64,000 nucleotides of DNA from assembly GCA_905178155.1 (NCBI GenBank), contig CAJINV010000003.1:1825348-1889347 (forward strand). The letters are read 5' to 3'. Positions 60,149 through 64,000 of the stretch are shown here, in pieces. Source of the stretch: Amoebophrya sp. A120 (lineage: Eukaryota; Protista; Dinoflagellata). Position numbers and translations under genes: made by a program. The stretch's first letter is position 1, and every line of letters begins with the position of its first letter. The notes under the pieces are model-generated. The model did not search any database. It was given only the letters and a program-made list of their open reading frames with translations, and had not been told where the DNA came from.

Positions 60149-63121
60149 CTACTTCTTCTTTTTTTGATTATGATTGGCTTTGCCACTGGAACTGGACTTA
60201 CTGGCTGGCACACTAGCAGCTGACGAGCAGTTACTGGCGGCGTTGTTGTTTTTGGTACTTTTCTTCTCCTTGGCGCCGGTCTTCTTGACCGCTTTCTCCA
60301 TTTGCAATTGTCCGTCTGCCGGTAGGCCCTTTGCCTTTGCCTTACCTTCGCTTTTTTTCTCCGAATTCTTCGTATTCGCCTTACTTTGAGCACTTTTCGT
60401 TCTGGCGTTATTTTTTCCAGCAGCAGCAGCTTTCTTAGCCATTGGCGTTGGCTTTTTAACCGGCAGCACTTTCACTTTCTTCGCGCTCGCGGCTTTTTTC
60501 ATTATCATCATCTTACTCGGCTTAGGTGGTTTATTCGGCTTCGCTTTGGCCTTCGCCGTCGCCGGAGGGTTCGTGTTCGCCGACGCCGAGCTTGTTGACA
60601 GTGGATTTTTCCCGAGGGAGGACCCGCTAGCTGCCATATTCGTGCTCCCGATCGCCTGCTTGTTGACCTCTTTCGCGACGAGTTTGACCTTGCCTTTGGT
60701 GCCGGCGGTCTCAGTGCCAGCCGTTGCCGTTGGCGCTTTCGTACCGTACTTTTTCATACCCGTGCCTACCGACGCAGCATCCTTACCAGAAGCAGAAGCG
60801 CCGCGTGACTTCTTTTGCTTTATTCCGTTTGGTCCTTCTTTGTCCATGATCTTCATCTCCTCTTCACTTTGCTCTTTTTCTGCCTCCTGCACCTGCTTAT
60901 TTTCTGCTTTTTTCTTGCTTGTCTTCTTTGCAATCTTCCCTGTCGTGTTCTGCTGCAAATTGAGATCGAAATCAGAGAAAGCGTCGTCCTTAGTCCTTTT
61001 CGTCGCTTTTTTCCCGGATGGTTTCTGTGACTGTGCGGGGGCCCCTGCAGCTGCCACGATATCAACCTGCAACGTAGATGGAAATGGATGAATAATGTCT
61101 TCAGAATGAGTACAAGACACACCGTCGCTGCCCAGCAGACATCAGATAATGTCGTCCGGCGCTGCATCCACACAGCATTCACCAGTCGACAGTGGTTCTA
61201 TTTACACATCAAGTAGTACATAGACAGATTTCGGAAACTTACCATTCAGTAGTACGTCGACGTACGATCGTGCTGTGCTCGTCGTAAGTATGAGTATGAA
61301 TTTATGTTTTATAAACTATGTTAAGTATGTATCATCTATACCTTTTCGTGGTCGTTGACATTCTCGTTCGGCATCGACAAAGCGGTCGAGACATGATTGG
61401 ATGAATCCGGAGGCGCCAGAAGTTTCTCCTCGTGTCCCAGATGCGGGATGGCCTTTTTTTCCTTCTTCATATTAAGCTTCATGTTTTTTTCACCACCGCC
61501 GGCCGCTCCGTCGTGGTCCCCCTGAAGTACAGCATTACCATCTTCTTCATCTTCCCCGACCGCTCTTTTACTTTTACCTGCGTCGTCCGGCAGCTTTTGT
61601 TTGGGTCCTTGCACGACTGGGCCTCCCTCTTCATGTTGGTGACGCTGGTCCTGTTGTTGAAATCGTATGAAAATGAATATATATCCAAGAAACAAAAATA
61701 GAAATACTGCATTATGCTTCGCAGTTGTTTCTGGTCCAGAACTTGACGCGGCTCGTTTGTCGATTTACAGTATCAATCGGCAGATACCTAGACGATAGGG
61801 GTAGAGAATTTCAAGTTTTCCCTAATACATAAAGATTGCGATGGACGCCGAGACACACTACATGATGTGGACGAGCCTTAGTAAAAATTGCTGTAGAGGT
61901 AGAGCAGCATTTCAGTAATGTCGACGAAAAAATCAAAATGTGTGCGTAAAAAAATTGTCTATCCTATCCACGACTGAAAATACCAAATATAGCCGCCGGG
62001 GCGGAGGTAGTGAGGTCGTGGGCGTTTTCTTGCCGGCCGTCGCTTTGGCCGCGGCTGTGCTTTTCCTGGGTTCGCCATACCGTCGTGAGTAACGTTAGGC
62101 CGCACGGTATGGCGGCCGCTTTGTAAACGTCGCAAATTTTTGCAAATTCCCGATATTCCTTTCCGAAAGCCAGCCCCCATGCTATGGGGCCGATCCGGGT
62201 GCCACTGGGGGCGCCCAAAAAGCGAAGGGAAATCGGGCCCGTAGCATGCGGGTTGGCTTTGCGCGTCTGGCGCGCTTTTGCTTTTTTGCGTTTTTATTTT
62301 TCGCGCCGGCGCTTTTTGCAAAGCTTCCCAGGCTCTGAAACCGGCGAAAATTCGGCCGCTTTCGCTGCCGCCCAAAATGCTCCGAAATCGCGGCCGTGCC
62401 GTGCTGTTTCGCTGTTCTGATTTTAGGCGCGTTTTTTTCGCGCCCCTTTTTGGGCGCCCCAAACCGCCAGAAACTAAGGCGGTGGGCGCCTCAGAATGGC
62501 GCTCCTTTTGCTGGCTCCTCTGCGTCGTTTTACCCAGCGGCGATCGATAGAATCCGCTGGCGATTCGGTGCCGACACAGCCAAAGCCGCTTGATAATTGA
62601 AAATCTTTTTTGTCAAAAAACACTTCCGCCCGCTTGAAAACTGCCGGTCGTTTTGCGCGATGCATGGCAAGAAAACTCCCCGGTTAGAACCGTTCGGTGA
62701 CCTCACTACATACCACCCCTGGTTCGGCTGCTGCGCGTGCGCTGGCATCGCCCTGCTGGTCATCGTCATGCACAAGCAAATTTTTGTTGTTCTGGAGGAG
62801 ACCGCTTTCGCCCTGTGCGCTACCGCTACCGTAACCGTTCAGGTGGTCGTCCTCATATTCGAGGACGGGAACAACGATTCCCGTGTTGCCGCCACTGGTT
62901 GTAACGTGTTCCGGATCGAGAGTTTCGCCAGGAGCAGCGGTTGACCTGATCTTGCCTTTGTCCGCCTCCTCATCTGCTTTCTCGTCTTCGTCGCCCTCCG
63001 AAATGGTGGGTAAGAGCGTCTCCTGAGCCTGATAGTGAGTAGCATTTCTACGTTTGCCGGCGTGAAGCACCTTTGTGCTCATCATCATCATCATCATCAT
63101 CAGCATTATTTGGGTGGACAA
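60149..63121 (-). CDS. Multi-exon low-complexity protein with Lys/Ala-rich (histone H1 tail-like) C-terminus
   Basis: A phase-0 GT-AG intron at 61651-62713 joins two ORFs. A donor AAG|GTATAG near 61340 and an acceptor TTGCAG|GTT near 61067 lead into the K/A-rich exon. The 5' end is unresolved. Confidence 0.5.
62007..62709. mobile_element. ~700-bp MITE-like element with degenerate TIRs, possibly TA-flanked (Tc1/mariner-like), inside an intron
   Basis: gtagtgaggtc (62007-62017) pairs with gacctcactac (62699-62709). A second IR block ttttcttgccggccgtcgc (~62025) pairs with gcgatgcatggcaagaaaa (~62657). TA occurs at 62008 and 62707. The interior is G/C blocks alternating with A/T runs. Confidence 0.6.
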
Positions 63122-63778
63122 CCGTTTCGCCTTCGCGCACTTGCAGTCGCGCGATACAACGTCTCATACGGGGGGGAGGGGGGGGTCGCGACGGGTCGTA
63201 TCTGACAAAATTGTCTAATATAAAACGGAACGCGTGCAGTAACAAACAATGGGAATGCGAATGCGAGTGATGCGTTGCGCTGCATGAAAAAAACGCCGGT
63301 AGTGCGACATCATCCAAAACAACAATTTTGATTTTCCGCCACATCATACATACCGTCGCGATCACGGCGAAAAAATGTCCCAAAGTGTTCTCCCCTGGTA
63401 TGATCTCCTGCGCGTCTGTCCCGAGGAGACGCAAATCTTCCGGCTGACTGACGAGCAGGCCACTAATCTAAAGTTAGTTCAAAAAGTACCACTAAAATAC
63501 GACTCCGAGAAAAGACGACTCGCGTACTTCAAGTACGGCTACGGGTCTCTTGAGGGGGCGTCCAGAATAAGCATCGCCTAGCGCGTCATCATACCTTCGC
63601 GAAGCTGGCAAAAAACACCTCGGCGTCGTGCTATATTTACTTTATCGATCCATCCTCACGCCCCCCTCCTTGTGCCTCTGCCGCTAGTGTGGTAGCGGAG
63701 GTAAACAAAGCTGCTGTGAAGCGAGAATCGCATCGGTGTAAGGTTCAGTAGAAAATACCAGAAAAAAACCATCCCGGG

Positions 63779-63809
63779 GAGAGACCCGTACTTGAAGTAC
63801 GGGTCTCTC
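63779..63809. repeat. Perfect palindrome, 15-bp arms with 1-nt spacer
   Basis: gagagacccgtactt-g-aagtacgggtctctc. Confidence 0.9.
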
Positions 63810-64000
63810 TGGAAATACCCAAAGTTGGCACATCATTTGGCGCCATGCGCCCCTGTTAGCGCTCCAAAAGCCAGCCAGTCCTACAATGTCGACCCCTCCC
63901 CGAGCTCCGCCCGTGGTACAGAAGCTAGAGAAATGCCCGCAGCTCTCCGACGAGCTAGCCGCGGGTCCGTAGTGGAAGCAAACTTGCCTGCTATGAAGCG

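Noticed and set aside
62007-62709. CACTA-superfamily element (TAGTG/CACTA present)
   Set aside because: The motifs face the wrong way for CACTA termini, since the inverted repeat extends inward from TAGTG.
63079-63101. Poly-Met N-terminus in the 145-aa ORF
   Set aside because: It is an (ATC)n microsatellite that reads poly-Asp in another frame, and the true frame is unresolved.
1-64000. Dinoflagellate spliced-leader relics, tRNA or rRNA genes, transposase or reverse transcriptase ORFs
   Set aside because: I found no CCATTTTGGCTCAAG-type match, cloverleaf, rRNA signature or DDE/RT motif by eye.

Overview
This is eukaryotic, intron-containing DNA in which every credible gene (about 12) lies on the minus strand. 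Two non-canonical introns carry terminal inverted repeats and flanking 5-bp direct repeats. Together these features point to a dinoflagellate/syndinian genome such as Amoebophrya (inference). Recognisable genes are a FAM173-like SAM methyltransferase, an EHD/RME-1 ATPase (4 exons), a PKD2-like TRP channel (at least 10 exons), a GRDP-like plus ubiquitin-like fusion ending LRGC, an F-box-like/DUF4116-like protein and a 3.4-kaa low-complexity EF-hand protein. The seven minus-strand ORFs at 3653-14492 splice in phase into one gene of about 3120 aa. It has Cys-rich modules separated by spacers that repeatedly end in an (S/D/A)FA(E/D/A) motif, so it is a candidate proteolytically processed secretory polyprotein. 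Several degenerate gene or TE copies (21.3-22.3 kb, 47.9-48.9 kb, 62.0-62.7 kb) appear directionally mutated A/T->G/C. A 39-42.5 kb intergenic block contains nested segments bounded by perfect 16-18 bp direct repeats. All gene models were assembled by eye and need RNA-seq confirmation.
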